DNA of 64,000 nucleotides from Terriglobia bacterium (GCA_963748015.1 CAVVHE010000009.1:416001-480000), one strand, 5' to 3'; shown: positions 20,701 through 31,209, counted from the stretch's first letter. The notes: generated from the sequence alone by a model not told the origin. Numbers and translations are program-made.

Positions 20701-21097
20701 CAAGGCCGACCAGGAAGGGGAAACGGTGCTCCGCTACGCCCTTCGGGCTCACGGCCCCGCCTCGCCCGGCGCCGCCGCGCGAGCGGGCCTCGAGGCGGCC
20801 CGCCCCCTCCTCGCCACTTCCGCCGGCAGCGCCGGGCCTCCTCCGCCGCTTTTCGAGCTCGACAGCGCCGAGGTGATCGTCCGCTCGCTCCGTCCCACCG
20901 ACGACGGCCAGGCGATCGTCGCGCGCCTCTACAACCCGTCGGGCGCCTCCCAGCGCGTGCGTCTCCTCCGCGGCGGCAGCGCGCCGGCCGACGCCTCGCT
21001 CGCCGATGCCGGCGGCGCGCCCACGCGCAAGATCGAGTGGCCGCTCGACCTCCCGCCCTTCGCGACGGTCCTTGTCAGGATATCGATGAACCCCTGA
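17747..21097 (+). CDS. GH38-like glycoside hydrolase (alpha-mannosidase-like), secreted
   Basis: PHSHVDIGY, DIPG..W, GGDNGPP, YWEDG, HEHTWGA, MNNYWHTNY; ATGA overlap. Confidence 0.82.
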   Translation: MTRRAAAAAAFLLLSVVAALPVSYAAAVAGPDSPWLAGYRRSLHGEVLGYQSPYPGPTPALLVRTTDGKMSASWETDAVPAGFDGDGATFAFMVGLASGYGAHRFDLSVNGEPCCSFRSSRDTGEREWTVAGARGEALSFRTTLVGHFNEMFGFMFLKLPRALLAPGAPVRLEVTGEAAGSQDYFMAFEKPAEAWIETRAEEALVRTASGPAQLVRVDVSHIAPPADVGIEAPGAAPLRGRLETGFNSFHLAVPAVDGARSLDLRVTVAGRLAKVESLRLRPVRRREIWLLPHSHVDIGYSDPQPEVERKQVANLRGVLDLIRKTAAYPPGARFRWTSEVAWPVERFLAVATEDEKRQLAGALRAGSIEIGAFYANELTGLCSPEELDRLTEFARRAGRDAGAPVRTAMITDIPGAAWTVVPSLAKAGVRYFSSAPNYMPFLPDRGDRVGNVLRAWGDKPFWWVSPSGGERVLFWMAGRGYSWFHGMNAGKFGPEIRRPLLDYASDLADAGYPYDLVQLHYTIGGDNGPPDPDLPDLVRGWNEEFESPRIVIATAASAFEELERRHGDKLPSFAGDLSPYWEDGAASTARETALNRNSSRRLVEAETLWAMLAPGRFPAESFRDAWREVLLFHEHTWGAWNSVSDPGRPEVVAQWEWKRARAVEADRRSRDLVPMALPLRASAPAGGGGAVDVINTLSWPRGGVVLVPRETSAAGDRVTDESGRKLPSQRLASGELAVLVGEVPALGAVRLVVRAGEARRSGRARAEGRALDNGRIRAEVDPRTGAISSLVRRGEPGSDLAGEGGLDGYVYVPGRDPAQARASGAASVTIVDAGPLVATLRVESEAPGAKRLVRELRLAEGSDTLEVTNTLDKTPVRDKESVHFAFPFRVPGGVARFDLGEAVVRPETDQLAGACRDFLAAHSSVDVSNAGGGVTLTTLDAPLLEIGALTDETLGEKDVRTWRTAAAPGTAVYSYAMNNYWHTNYKADQEGETVLRYALRAHGPASPGAAARAGLEAARPLLATSAGSAGPPPPLFELDSAEVIVRSLRPTDDGQAIVARLYNPSGASQRVRLLRGGSAPADASLADAGGAPTRKIEWPLDLPPFATVLVRISMNP

Positions 21098-21155
21098 CAT
21101 TGCCCCACCCAGCCCGTCGATCGCTCGTCCTCGTCCTCGCGGGTGGTGCCGCGGG

Positions 21156-22049
21156 TCAGCGAAGGGTGACGAGCACGGCGCCCCCGATGGCCATGACGAC
21201 GGCGAGGATGCGGCGCCGGGTCATCGGCTCCCCGAGGAAGATCGCGGCCAGCACGATGATGAAGATCGTCGAGAGCTGGTTGAGAACGGCGGCGACCGAG
21301 GCGAGGGTGAACTTGAAGCCGCCGAGCCAGGCGGTCATGCTCACGTAGGTGCCGAGCACCGAGCCGGGGATCGCGACGGCCCAGACGCGGCCGGGCCGGA
21401 ACATCGCGAGGGCGTCGTTGCGCCACCGCGCGAAGAGGAGCAGCGGCAAGAGGCCGACGAAGCCGAAGAACATCCGGACGCCGGCGGCCCAGAGCACCGG
21501 GACGCCGCCGAGGACGTTCTTCACCATGATGATCCCGCCGGCCATGCAGACGATCGCGACGGCGCCGATCGCGGCCCCCTCGACGACGTCGCGCCGCGTC
21601 CTTCCGGGCGCGGGGCGCTCCGCGGTGCCGACGAGGATCGCGCCCACGACGAGGCACGCGCCGGCGAGCACCTGCAACCCGACCCGCTCGCCGAGGAAGA
21701 GGACCGACAGCGCGATCACGGCGGGGGAGTAAAGCGTGTCCACGATCGCCACGAGCCCCGCGCCGAGCTTCTCGAGCGCGAGGAAGAACAGCGTGTCGGC
21801 GAGGGAGATGCCGAGCCACGCCGAGCCGGCGAGGAGGAGCCAGTCGCTGCGCGGGCGGTCCGGGAGCAGCGGCGTGCCGGCGACGAGGAGCGTGACGAGG
21901 AGCAGCACCACGGTCACGGCGTTCTTGAACAGGTTGAGCGCGACGGCGGGGATCCTGTCCCCCGTCTTGCGGAAGAGGATCACGCCGATCGCCCAGGCCA
22001 GCGCGGCGGTCAGGGACAGGATCTCGCCCAGGAACGGGATACTCGGCAT
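21156..22049 (-). CDS. DMT/EamA family transporter
   Basis: About 10 TM helices in two repeats, each ending FLGE. Confidence 0.9.
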   Translation of the reverse strand: MPSIPFLGEILSLTAALAWAIGVILFRKTGDRIPAVALNLFKNAVTVVLLLVTLLVAGTPLLPDRPRSDWLLLAGSAWLGISLADTLFFLALEKLGAGLVAIVDTLYSPAVIALSVLFLGERVGLQVLAGACLVVGAILVGTAERPAPGRTRRDVVEGAAIGAVAIVCMAGGIIMVKNVLGGVPVLWAAGVRMFFGFVGLLPLLLFARWRNDALAMFRPGRVWAVAIPGSVLGTYVSMTAWLGGFKFTLASVAAVLNQLSTIFIIVLAAIFLGEPMTRRRILAVVMAIGGAVLVTLR

Positions 22050-22101
22050 TGCGCGACAGGAGTAGCACAGCGCCCGGGCACTGTCCCCGGCGGAAGGAGT
22101 C

Positions 22102-23292
22102 CTACCGAAGGCGCCGGAACAGCCAGCGACCGATCGGTCCCGCCTGGGGAAGAGCCTCGATCAGGCGCGCGATCTCGTCGGCGCGGGCCTCCTCCGTCGC
22201 GAGGTCGCGGAGCGGCAGGCCGGCGCGCGCCGCCAGCCAGCGCCCGACGCGGCGCGGCGTGGACGGGTCGTGGAGGCTGCTCGCGATCCGGCGGCGCGAG
22301 CCGGGCGAGGAGGCGCCGTCCGCGGCGGGAGGTTCGGCCAGGGCCGCCAGCTCGAAGCGGGCGTCGCCGTCGCTGTCGTCGACGCGGGTCAGCTCGAGGG
22401 CCGTCGCGACGAACTCGTCGGTCACGCGCGAGCCGAATCGCCGGCGCAGCGTGAGCCGCCCCGTTTCGACGCGCCACTCGACGCGCCCCCAGGTCAGCCG
22501 CGCCGCGCCCCACAGCGAGAAGAGGGCCGCGGCCGTCGCCATGGCCGCGACGGCGCCCCACCGCGGCCACTCGATGGCCCGCGCCAGCAGGGCCGCCGCC
22601 CCGGCCGAGAGCGAGAGCGCGACGCACCACACGGCGACGGCCTTCCTGCGCCGCACCGCGCGCCTCGGCGTCAGGATGTTCGCCCCCTCGGGGTCGAGGA
22701 ACTCCTCCCACTCGCGCGGGAGGCTCTCGCTCGAGGCGCCCGGCGCCTCTTCGTGGTCCAGCGACAGCTCGCGCCCGAGCCCCTCTTCGAGCTCGGCCCG
22801 CTCCTCCGGGCTCCCCATCCGCGTGATCTCGAACGGGCCCGCGATCGTCTCCGCCACGACGGGGCCCGTGGCGGAGAGGCGGTAGATCCGCTTCAGCTTC
22901 TCGCGCGGCAGGCGCCTCGTGATGGAGAGCGGACCGATCCGGCGGACGAGCGTGAGACCGTCCGGCCCGGCGGTCACGCGGTCCTCGGACCAGACCAGCC
23001 GCAGCAGGGCATGGACGGCCGCGAGCCCGCCGAGGGTCCAGAGCGCGAGCCAGAAGCAGAGAAATGCGCCGGCGGCCAGGGTGGGTGCCGGGACGAGCGC
23101 CGCGGATTCGCTCCCCGGCGGCTGTCCCTCGAGCAGCGCGCGCGCCCCGAGAGCGAGGATGCGGATCGCGAACAGTTCGCCGGCCGCCCACCCGCACAGC
23201 CAGAAAAGGAGGAACCCGGCCGGCAGGAACCGGCCGGCGCCGCGCGGCCTGAGCCGGGCGGTCCATCCCTCGGGCGTGCGCTCTCCGATCAC
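22102..23292 (-). CDS. Hypothetical membrane protein
   Basis: FLLFWLCGWAAGE and FWLALWTLGG hydrophobic segments; start uncertain. Confidence 0.65.
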   Translation of the reverse strand: MIGERTPEGWTARLRPRGAGRFLPAGFLLFWLCGWAAGELFAIRILALGARALLEGQPPGSESAALVPAPTLAAGAFLCFWLALWTLGGLAAVHALLRLVWSEDRVTAGPDGLTLVRRIGPLSITRRLPREKLKRIYRLSATGPVVAETIAGPFEITRMGSPEERAELEEGLGRELSLDHEEAPGASSESLPREWEEFLDPEGANILTPRRAVRRRKAVAVWCVALSLSAGAAALLARAIEWPRWGAVAAMATAAALFSLWGAARLTWGRVEWRVETGRLTLRRRFGSRVTDEFVATALELTRVDDSDGDARFELAALAEPPAADGASSPGSRRRIASSLHDPSTPRRVGRWLAARAGLPLRDLATEEARADEIARLIEALPQAGPIGRWLFRRLR

Positions 23293-23385
23293 GCGACGTA
23301 CTCCCGGGCACTCCGATGCCCAGATGGAAAACGTCGTGTCCCCGAGCGGTTACGTCAAGCCCCGGGAGGGAATTTCCGGGCGCCG

Positions 23386-24090
23386 TCAGGCCCCGTGGGC
23401 GTGGCTCGCGGCGTGGGCCACCGCCTTGCGCACGGCGGCCTCCACCGCGGCGTGGATCGCTGCCACCGCGGCGCGATCGTCTCCTCCGATCGCCTCCCCT
23501 CTGGCGATCCGCTTGAGGCGGGCCCGGCGCCGCCACATCTCCTTCCAGCCGAAGTAGATCCCCAGCATCTTCGCGGCGTGCGCCAGCGCGACCACGAGGG
23601 CGGTCCGCGGGTCGAGGCCGTCCCCGTCGCCGAGAACCGCCTCGCGTATCCGCTCGAGGAGAAGCCGCTCGGGAGCGGGATCGGTGGTCGGGTAAGCCTT
23701 CCTGGAGAAGATCAGCAGGATCTGCTCCTCGGAGTCCTTCAGGATTCCCCGCCGGCAGAGCTCCTCGGCGACCCGGTGTCTCAACCTGCGGATGCCCCCG
23801 AAACGGGTCACCCACGCGGCCGCGCTCTTGCGTCGCGTCGCGCCGGCAACCGCCGCGCGGCACTCTTCGAGGACCGGGTCCGCGAGCGTCGCGGCCGCGA
23901 GGGGCTCCACCAGGTTGTTCTTCTCCTCGCCGATCCGGACGTGCCCGCCGAGCGCCAGCTCCGCGAGGATGGCTCCTCCGATCGCGAACTTGTGCATGCC
24001 CGCGCGGAACTCGGGAGTGCCTTTCTCGTCGCGAAGCGCCAGCAGGACGATCTGTTCGGGAAGCGAGAGGTCTTGGGCGCTCGAGGTCAT
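23386..24090 (-). CDS. GPP34 (Golgi phosphoprotein 3-like) family protein
   Basis: LSLPEQIVLLAL, GAILAELAL.G, DPVL, L...GIL, DPRTALVVALA. Confidence 0.85.
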   Translation of the reverse strand: MTSSAQDLSLPEQIVLLALRDEKGTPEFRAGMHKFAIGGAILAELALGGHVRIGEEKNNLVEPLAAATLADPVLEECRAAVAGATRRKSAAAWVTRFGGIRRLRHRVAEELCRRGILKDSEEQILLIFSRKAYPTTDPAPERLLLERIREAVLGDGDGLDPRTALVVALAHAAKMLGIYFGWKEMWRRRARLKRIARGEAIGGDDRAAVAAIHAAVEAAVRKAVAHAASHAHGA

Positions 24091-24293
24091 GGCTCGGTCT
24101 CCGGGTCTTGGCGATCCTCGGGGCCGGCGTCGCTCGGCGCTCTCGCCGGCCCCTTCTGTCGCTCGTCCACCGCCCTCCGGAGCAGGAACTCGATCTGCCC
24201 GTTCACGCTCCGGAACTCCCGCGCGGCCCAGCGATTCAGCTCCTCCCAGAGGGAGGGGCTGATCCGCAGCAGGAGCTTCTTCCTCTCCGACAT
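24087..24293 (-). CDS. Arc-like ribbon-helix-helix DNA-binding protein
   Basis: RKKLLLRI.P.LWEEL.RWA..EFRSVNGQIEFLLRRA. Confidence 0.88.
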   Translation of the reverse strand: MSERKKLLLRISPSLWEELNRWAAREFRSVNGQIEFLLRRAVDERQKGPARAPSDAGPEDRQDPETEP

Positions 24294-24303
24294 GGCGCCT
24301 CGC

Positions 24304-25185
24304 TCAGGGATAAAGCGTCCCCGCGTTCACGACGGGGGAGGCGGCATGTTCGCTGCACAGCACCACCAGCAGGTTGCTGACCATCGCGGCCTTCCGCTCC
24401 TCGTCGAGCTGGACCACTTTCCTCTCGGACAGCTTCGCCAGCGCCAGCTCCACCATGCTCACGGCGCCGTTCACGATCTGCGTCCGCGCGGCGACGACCG
24501 CGGTCGCCTGCTGCCGGCGGAGCATCGCCTCGGCGATCTCCGGCGCGTAGGCGAGGTGGCTCAGGCGCGCCTCGATGACCTTGATTCCCGCGCGGCCGAG
24601 CCGCTCGGCGAGCTCTTTCTCCAGCTTGTCGTTCACCTGCTCGGTGCCGGCGCGCAGGGTGAGGGTGTCTTGGTCGTGGTCCTCGAAGGTGTCGTACGGG
24701 TAGGCGCCCGCGAGGTGCCGCACCGCGGCCTCGCTCTGCACGATCACGTACGCCTCGTAGTTGTCCACGTCGAACAGCGCGCGGAACGTGTCCTCGACCT
24801 GCCAGACGACCACGACCGCGATCTCGATCGGGTTGCCCGTCTTGTCGTTCACCTTGAGCTTCTGCCCGTTCAGGTTGCGCGCTCGGAGCGTGATTCGCTT
24901 CTTCAGGTAGAACGGGTTCGCCCAGAAGAAGCCGTTGAATTTCACCGTGCCCTTGTAGGCGCCGAACAGGACGAGAACCTTCGCGTCGTTCGGGTTGACG
25001 ATGAACAGCCCGGCGAGAACCAGGATCCCGGCGAGGACGGAGACCACCAGCGGCAGGACCAGCATCGGGTTGCTCGTGCGGATCCCGAACACCACGCACG
25101 CGATCGCCGCGGCGATCAGCAGGATGCCCAGAAAGAGCATGGGGTAACCGGAAACGGCCGAACGGCTCCTCTCGTTGTCGTTCAT
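24304..25185 (-). CDS. SPFH/band 7 domain membrane protein
   Basis: [55 protein letters not shown] before ATG 25185. Confidence 0.92.
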   Translation of the reverse strand: MNDNERSRSAVSGYPMLFLGILLIAAAIACVVFGIRTSNPMLVLPLVVSVLAGILVLAGLFIVNPNDAKVLVLFGAYKGTVKFNGFFWANPFYLKKRITLRARNLNGQKLKVNDKTGNPIEIAVVVVWQVEDTFRALFDVDNYEAYVIVQSEAAVRHLAGAYPYDTFEDHDQDTLTLRAGTEQVNDKLEKELAERLGRAGIKVIEARLSHLAYAPEIAEAMLRRQQATAVVAARTQIVNGAVSMVELALAKLSERKVVQLDEERKAAMVSNLLVVLCSEHAASPVVNAGTLYP

Positions 25186-25217
25186 GGGTCCCTCCTTGAG
25201 GACGTCAGACATCATAG

Positions 25218-25245
25218 TGATATCATCGTGCTAGCAAGTTGTCAA
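25218..25245 (-). promoter_or_regulatory. Putative promoter/operator of the SPFH-Arc-GPP34 operon
   Basis: TTGACA (-35, minus strand) followed by tandem palindromes TGCTAGCA-N3-TGATATCA. Confidence 0.55.
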
Positions 25246-25342
25246 GCACTTTTTGAAAGGACCATGTAGGTTGTTGACAATAGTGGAGTTACTGGTCGGG
25301 CCTGGCGGTGCGCCTGGCCGGGTTCAGGACGGCCGGGACGAT

Positions 25343-27991
25343 TCAGGCGGGCAGCACCCTCACCACCACCAGCGTCATGTCGTCGTACTGAGGGGCGCCG
25401 GCGACGAAGCCATCGGCGCGCTCCAAGATTCGCTCGATCAGATGCGTCGCGCCGAGCTCCCCGCCGGCGGCGCGGAAGACCTCCTCGAGGCGCGCCTCTC
25501 CCCATTCCTCGTCCTCGGCGTTCATCGCCTCGCTGATCCCATCGGTGAAACCGACGAAGGTATCTCCCGGCCGCAGCGTGACCGAATTCTGGGTGAACTC
25601 CGCGTCCGGCATCAGTCCGACCACCATCCCGCCTTCCTTGAGCCGCACGACCTCCGAGCCGTCGCCCCGAAAGAGGAACGGCGGGTTGTGCCCCGCGTTG
25701 ACGTAGTCGAGCCGCTTCGTGGCGGGATCGAACTGCGCGTAGAAGAACGTGGCGTATCGGTTGTCCGGCGAGGCGTCGTGGACGAGGCGGTTCACCCTGG
25801 CCATCAGCTTCGAGAGATCTCGGGTGCCGTCGAGCGTCTGGCCGCGGAGCGACGCCTGAAGGCTCGCCATCAACAGTGCCGCGGGGATCCCCTTGCCCGA
25901 GATATCCCCGATGGCGATGCCGAGGCCCCCACCCGGAAGGGAGAGGAAGTCGAAGTAGTCCCCGCCGACCCTGGAGGCCGGACGGCAGGTCCCCGCGCAC
26001 TCGAGCCCCAGGACGTTCGGGATTTGCTGAGGGAACAACCGCTCCTGGACCTCGCGCGCGATCTCGATCTCGCGGTTAAGGCGCGCGCGCTGCGCCGTCT
26101 CCCTTACGATCTCCGAGGTCAGCCGGCAGTTCTCGAGGGCCAGCCCGGCCTGCGCCGCGACGTTCCGAAGGAGGCGCAGATCGGTCCGCGAATAGGGCTG
26201 CTCCGAGAGCTTCGGTCCGAGGCTGATCATCCCGAGGAGATTCCCTCTCGCGGCGAGAGGGAGGAGGATCTGGGTTCCGAGACTCTCGAGTACGCCGCGC
26301 TCTTCGGCCGGCACCCCCCCGTCCTGGTTCACCCACGACGCCGGGTCGTCGAAGTAGACGCCGACCGGACCGCGGGCCGCGCGCAGGACCTCGGCGGTCC
26401 TCGAAGACCCGGAGAATCTCTGGCCGTCTTGCGCATCGAGCCCCCGGCCGTGCGCGAGGACGAAGCCGCCCCCCTCCTCCGCGAAGACGCCGATACGGGC
26501 GATGTGCAGCGAGTCCGCGATCCGCCCGCTCACCGTCTCGAGCAGGGGCCCGGCCTCCACGATCGTGCGCACCTGCTCCCCCAGCTCCGTCAGCACCTGC
26601 TCCTCGTTGTAGGCGTCGCGGAAGAACCGCCGGTCGATCGCGAGGAGCGCCCTGGCCACCCGGCGCCGGACGACCACGATCAAGACGATCAGCGCCGCGA
26701 TGCCGGCGACCTTCCACGCGGCGCCGGCGCGCGAGAGCAGCAGCACGCGGAACACCAGCCAGCCGAGCGGCAGCATCCCGAAGAACACGAGAACGCGCAG
26801 CCCGCTCTTCACGAGGAGGTAGCGCGCGCCCATGCGCAGCGCGACCCTGACGTCCATGGCGCGCTCTACGACGATGACGTAGGCGAGGGTCAACGGGAAC
26901 AGGAAGATCGGCAGGAAGATCGCGACGAGGACCGCGATGGGAAGCTCGCCGAGGAGCCGCTTCGTGGCGAGGCCGTACAGGACGAGCCCGAAGAGCGGTG
27001 TCAGCGCCGCGGTGGATCCCGCCCGCAGCAGCCGCAGCCGTCGCTTCGAGTCCGGATTGGACGCGAACGAAGTCTTCATCGCCAGGCTCGCGAAGAACGA
27101 GCCGATGCAGGCGATGGAGACGGCGAGGGCGGGCCAACGGACGACGCGCTGCACCGCCAGGACCGGGGCCATCGCCGCCTGGTGCTCGAGGTTGCCGACG
27201 GAGAGCACGGTATCCAGGAGGCCGCCGGCGGCGACGATCGAGATCGGAATCCACTTGAGCCACGGCCGGCGCTGCTCCGCCCGGAACGGCTCGGGGAAGT
27301 AGAGGCCGAAGAGGAGCATGAAGATCGGCCAGCTCGCCTTGAGAGCCGTGGTGAAAGCGGCACCGGCCTCCCGCAACCCAGGCTCCCAGGACGCGACTTC
27401 CGGCTGCACGAGCTGCCCGAAGCCGAGCATCAATCCCAGCAGGATCCAGGCCCGCCGGTCGGATGGGCGTGCCGCCGTGGCCCACAGGCCGAGGAGCGTC
27501 CCGAAGAACGGCATCACGAGGCCGAGCACGCCGATGAAGATCCCGGCGAGCCACCCGCGGACCTGGGACTCCCCGGGGCGCCGGGCCGGCTCGAGGCGGA
27601 TGCGAGCCGTCCGCTCCTCGAGCGGATTCGCGGAGCCGGGGCGGCGAAAGACGATTTCGAGGGTGTCGCCGGCGCGGAGTTCCCGCATCGCCTCCGAAGC
27701 GGAGACCAGTCCTCGATAGGGGGTCGAGCCGATCCGGACCGGCAGGTCTCCCCCGGCGAGTCCCGCCGCCTCGGCTTCCGGCCGCACGGTAAGCACCGCC
27801 GCGGTATCCCTTTCCCAGGAGAACGGCGCGCGGATGGCGTCGTCCGATCGCCGGAGTCCGCCGATGATGTCGATCGCGGATCGGACGTGGTGGGCGAGGG
27901 CCACCAAGGCGATGGCCGCGAGGACGAGCAGGGTCCAGCGCGGCGCCCTGCGCCTCGGCGACGGGTCGTAGCCGCTGACGGAACTCGACAT
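25343..27991 (-). CDS. Membrane sensor PP2C/SpoIIE-family phosphatase with PDZ and GAF domains
   Basis: A.AAGL..GD (PDZ), TM block, GAF region, VGGDYFD, GDISGKGIPAALLM, VNAGHNPP, FTDGISEA, DDMTLVV. Confidence 0.9.
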   Translation of the reverse strand: MSSSVSGYDPSPRRRAPRWTLLVLAAIALVALAHHVRSAIDIIGGLRRSDDAIRAPFSWERDTAAVLTVRPEAEAAGLAGGDLPVRIGSTPYRGLVSASEAMRELRAGDTLEIVFRRPGSANPLEERTARIRLEPARRPGESQVRGWLAGIFIGVLGLVMPFFGTLLGLWATAARPSDRRAWILLGLMLGFGQLVQPEVASWEPGLREAGAAFTTALKASWPIFMLLFGLYFPEPFRAEQRRPWLKWIPISIVAAGGLLDTVLSVGNLEHQAAMAPVLAVQRVVRWPALAVSIACIGSFFASLAMKTSFASNPDSKRRLRLLRAGSTAALTPLFGLVLYGLATKRLLGELPIAVLVAIFLPIFLFPLTLAYVIVVERAMDVRVALRMGARYLLVKSGLRVLVFFGMLPLGWLVFRVLLLSRAGAAWKVAGIAALIVLIVVVRRRVARALLAIDRRFFRDAYNEEQVLTELGEQVRTIVEAGPLLETVSGRIADSLHIARIGVFAEEGGGFVLAHGRGLDAQDGQRFSGSSRTAEVLRAARGPVGVYFDDPASWVNQDGGVPAEERGVLESLGTQILLPLAARGNLLGMISLGPKLSEQPYSRTDLRLLRNVAAQAGLALENCRLTSEIVRETAQRARLNREIEIAREVQERLFPQQIPNVLGLECAGTCRPASRVGGDYFDFLSLPGGGLGIAIGDISGKGIPAALLMASLQASLRGQTLDGTRDLSKLMARVNRLVHDASPDNRYATFFYAQFDPATKRLDYVNAGHNPPFLFRGDGSEVVRLKEGGMVVGLMPDAEFTQNSVTLRPGDTFVGFTDGISEAMNAEDEEWGEARLEEVFRAAGGELGATHLIERILERADGFVAGAPQYDDMTLVVVRVLPA

Positions 27992-28194
27992 ATCGACCCT
28001 TCTCGAGCGTCTCGCCGCTCCCGCGGCCCCGGGAGCGCCGCGCACGGGGCGGCGAATTATACGACGGTGGCCGGGGCTCCCCGCGGGAGGAGGGGTCACC
28101 ACGCAATTGGACTTTCATCCCGGACCGAAGCGTCGTATATGAGTACCCGGGTCGGCCCGGGCCGCGGGGCCGCGGCCGCCCGAGGGGGGATACC

Positions 28195-31100
28195 ATGCCG
28201 ACTGGGATCCGTGTTATCGCCACGCCGAAGGGGACCATCCGGAACGCCGGCCTCTGCATCCTGCTGGCCACGCTCGCGCTCGTCGCATCCGCCGGGGCGC
28301 TAGAGGCCCAGGAGCCGCCCGTCACGAAGTACTTCGTGCAGGTCAAGTTGTCGACGTCCGAGGACGCCAAGGCGCTCGCGGAAGCGGGCTTCGACGTGGC
28401 CGGCGTGAGTCCGGACGACCGGAACGCCGGGGTCGTGGCCACCTACGACGACTTGAAGCGGTTGTACGCCCTAGGCTGGTCCTACACGATCGAGCGGCTC
28501 AACACGAGCGCCGAGTCCATCGAGGCCCTCGCCGACTACACGGATCCCCACGAGATGTCGGTCTACCTGGACCAGGTCGTCGCGGCCTATCCGACCCTGG
28601 TGCAGAAGATCGCGCTGACCGCCCCCCTGTTCGCGGGGGAGACGCAGTACGCCCTCAAGATCACGAAGGACGTCGCCGTCGACAACAACCGGCCCAGCTT
28701 CATCCTCGACGCGCAGCACCACGCGCGGGAGGTCATGACTCCGGAGATCGCGAGGGACATGATCGATTACCTGACCTCGCGTTATGCCACCGACACGCAG
28801 GTGCAGCGCTGGGTGGACAACATCAACATCTGGATCGTCCCCAGCGTGAACCCGGACGGCGCGATGTACGTCTTCACCACCGACAACATGTGGAGAAAGA
28901 ACCGGCACCCGACCTGCCAGGTGGACATCAACCGGAACTACGTCTTCGCGTGGGGAAGCTGCAACGGCTCGAGCGGCGCCTGCGCCGACGAGACCTACCG
29001 GGGAGTCGATCCGGGGTCGGAGCCCGAGTCCCAGGGAATTTCGACGCTCACCGGGAGCGTCCGCCCGTTCTTCACGCTGTCGTACCATTCGTACGGCGAG
29101 TACATGCTGTACCCGTACGGCTGCTCCGACCCCGACGAGATGGCCGCGATCAACGACGTCGCCGTCGGTCTCAACAACATCCTGCTCGAACGACGCCGGG
29201 CACGACCCCCTTCGCGGTGGCGTCTCGCACCGGCCCGATCCACTCCGCGATCTACCAGGTGGACGGGGGGAGCATCGACACGCAGTACGCCAGGTACGGC
29301 GCCTACGGCTTCTCGATCGAGGTCAACGCCACCGGGTTCCAGCCCGATTACGCGACCTGGCGGAACGTCACGGTGCAGCGCCAGCGGACCGCCTGGCAGT
29401 TCTTCCTCGACCGGACGCTCGACGGCCCGCAGATCCGCGGGACGGTCACCAACGCGGCGACGGGGCTGCCCGTGGCCGCGAACGTCGCCGTGCAGGAGGT
29501 GACCTTCACGCACGGCGAGACGCCGCGGCAATCGGACACCAAGGGGCAGTACCACTGGCTGGCCCGCAGCGGGCAGACCTACCACGTGACGTTCTCGAAG
29601 TCCGGCTACTGCTCGCTCACCCAGACCGTTTCGGTGGGGGCGGGGCCGGCGACGCTCGACGCCGCGATCGTTCAGCCGACGCCTCCCGCGCTCGTGAGCG
29701 CCACGGGGGCGGGGGACAACGCGATCGACGTGTCCTGGTCTCCCTCGATCTACGCCACCGAGTACAAGGTGTTCCGCTCGCTGAACTCGGGCGGCCCGTA
29801 CGCGCAGGTGGGGACGGTCACCGCCCCCGACACGGTCTTCCACGACACCGGCGTCTCGGGGAACGGCGACGTACTACTACGTCGTCCGCTCGCTGCAGCC
29901 CTGCGAGTCCGTGAATTCCGCGGAGGCGGCCGGCAGCACCACCGGCGCCTGCTTCGTCGGCCCGGCCTTCGGCGGGATCGCCTCCGTGACCAATCCCGCG
30001 GCATCGACCTGCACGATGGATCTCTCGTGGGCGGCGGCGTCCACGCGCTGCGGCGGGGCGGTGACGTACCGCGTGCACCGCGGCACGTCGCCGTCTTTCA
30101 TCCCCGACGCGGGCAACCTGATCGCGTCGGGAGTCGCGGCGACGGCGTACTCGGACGTCGCGGCCCTGACCGACGGGACCACGTACTACTACCTGGTGCG
30201 CGCGGTGGACGGCGCGAACGGCGCGGACGACGGGAACTCGGCCATCCTCTCGAGCAGCCCGACCGGCCCGGTGGCGACCGGTACGTGGACCGACGACGGC
30301 GGCGACACGGGAACCGCGAAGCTCCTGCTCGCGTCCCCCTGGTCCGTTCAGGCGACCGGGGGCAAGACGGGCCCCAATGTCTACGCGACCGGCAACTACA
30401 CGAACAACCTCTGCTCGGCGGTCACGTCCCCCGCGATCTCCGTCCAGAGCACCTCCGCGCTCAGCTTCGCGACGAAGTACGACATCGAGACGAGCTGGGA
30501 CGCGGGAATCGTCGAGGTGGCCCAGGGGCCGGCCTTCGGCACCTGGACCCGCCTCGCCACGGTGAATTATCCCGACGCCCTCCTGAACCTCGGCAACGCC
30601 TGCGGCTTCCCGAAGACCTTCTCGGGTACCGTGTTCTCCAAGACCTACGCGACCCCGGCGTATCCGGTGTCGGACTTCACCGGCTCGCTCGCCGCCTTCG
30701 CCGGCAAGGACATCAAGCTCCGGTGGCGCATCTCGTCCGACGCGACGGGGACCGGGAAGGGCTGGTGGCTGGACGACATCGCGGTCACGAACGCCGTGTT
30801 CAAGCAGGTGTGCACACCCGGAGCGGTGGAGTCGGTGCCGGTCGAGGTCAGCCCCGACGCCTCCCCGATGCTCGCCTCGCGCGCCGCGGCGGGGACCGCC
30901 GTGGACCTGGGCTACACCCCGGCCTGCGGGGCCGCGGACAACGTCGTGTACTGGGGCTACGGCCCGATCGCGGGCTCGCTCGCCTGGACCAACGCGGCGT
31001 GCGCCGTCGGCAACACGGGCACCGCTTCGTTCGATCCCGGCGATCCGGCCCCGGAGACCTTCCTCTACTTCGTGATCGTCGGCCAGAGCGCCACGAAGGA

Positions 31101-31209
31101 GGGAAGCTACGGCCGCGCGCTCACCGGGACCGGCCCCGTCGAGCGCCCCGAGGCCGTCGCGGTCGGCGCTTGCGACCGCCCGCAGGACCTGACCGGCGTC
31201 TGCCCGTAG
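28195..31209 (+). pseudogene. Secreted M14 zinc carboxypeptidase with FN3-like/beta-rich C-terminal domains, split by frameshifts near 29190 and 29866 (probably assembly indels)
   Basis: HHARE, VNPDG, WRKNR, DINRNY, SYHSYGE; protein-like sequence continues in a shifted frame (YQVDGGSID..SIEV) and returns to the first frame (TYYYVVR). Confidence 0.75.

Noticed and set aside
22270..28303. Very long plus-strand ORFs (999 aa and 1016 aa)
   Set aside because: Antisense shadows of well-supported minus-strand genes, typical of high-GC DNA; the same applies to most Arg/Pro/Ala-rich ORFs in the track
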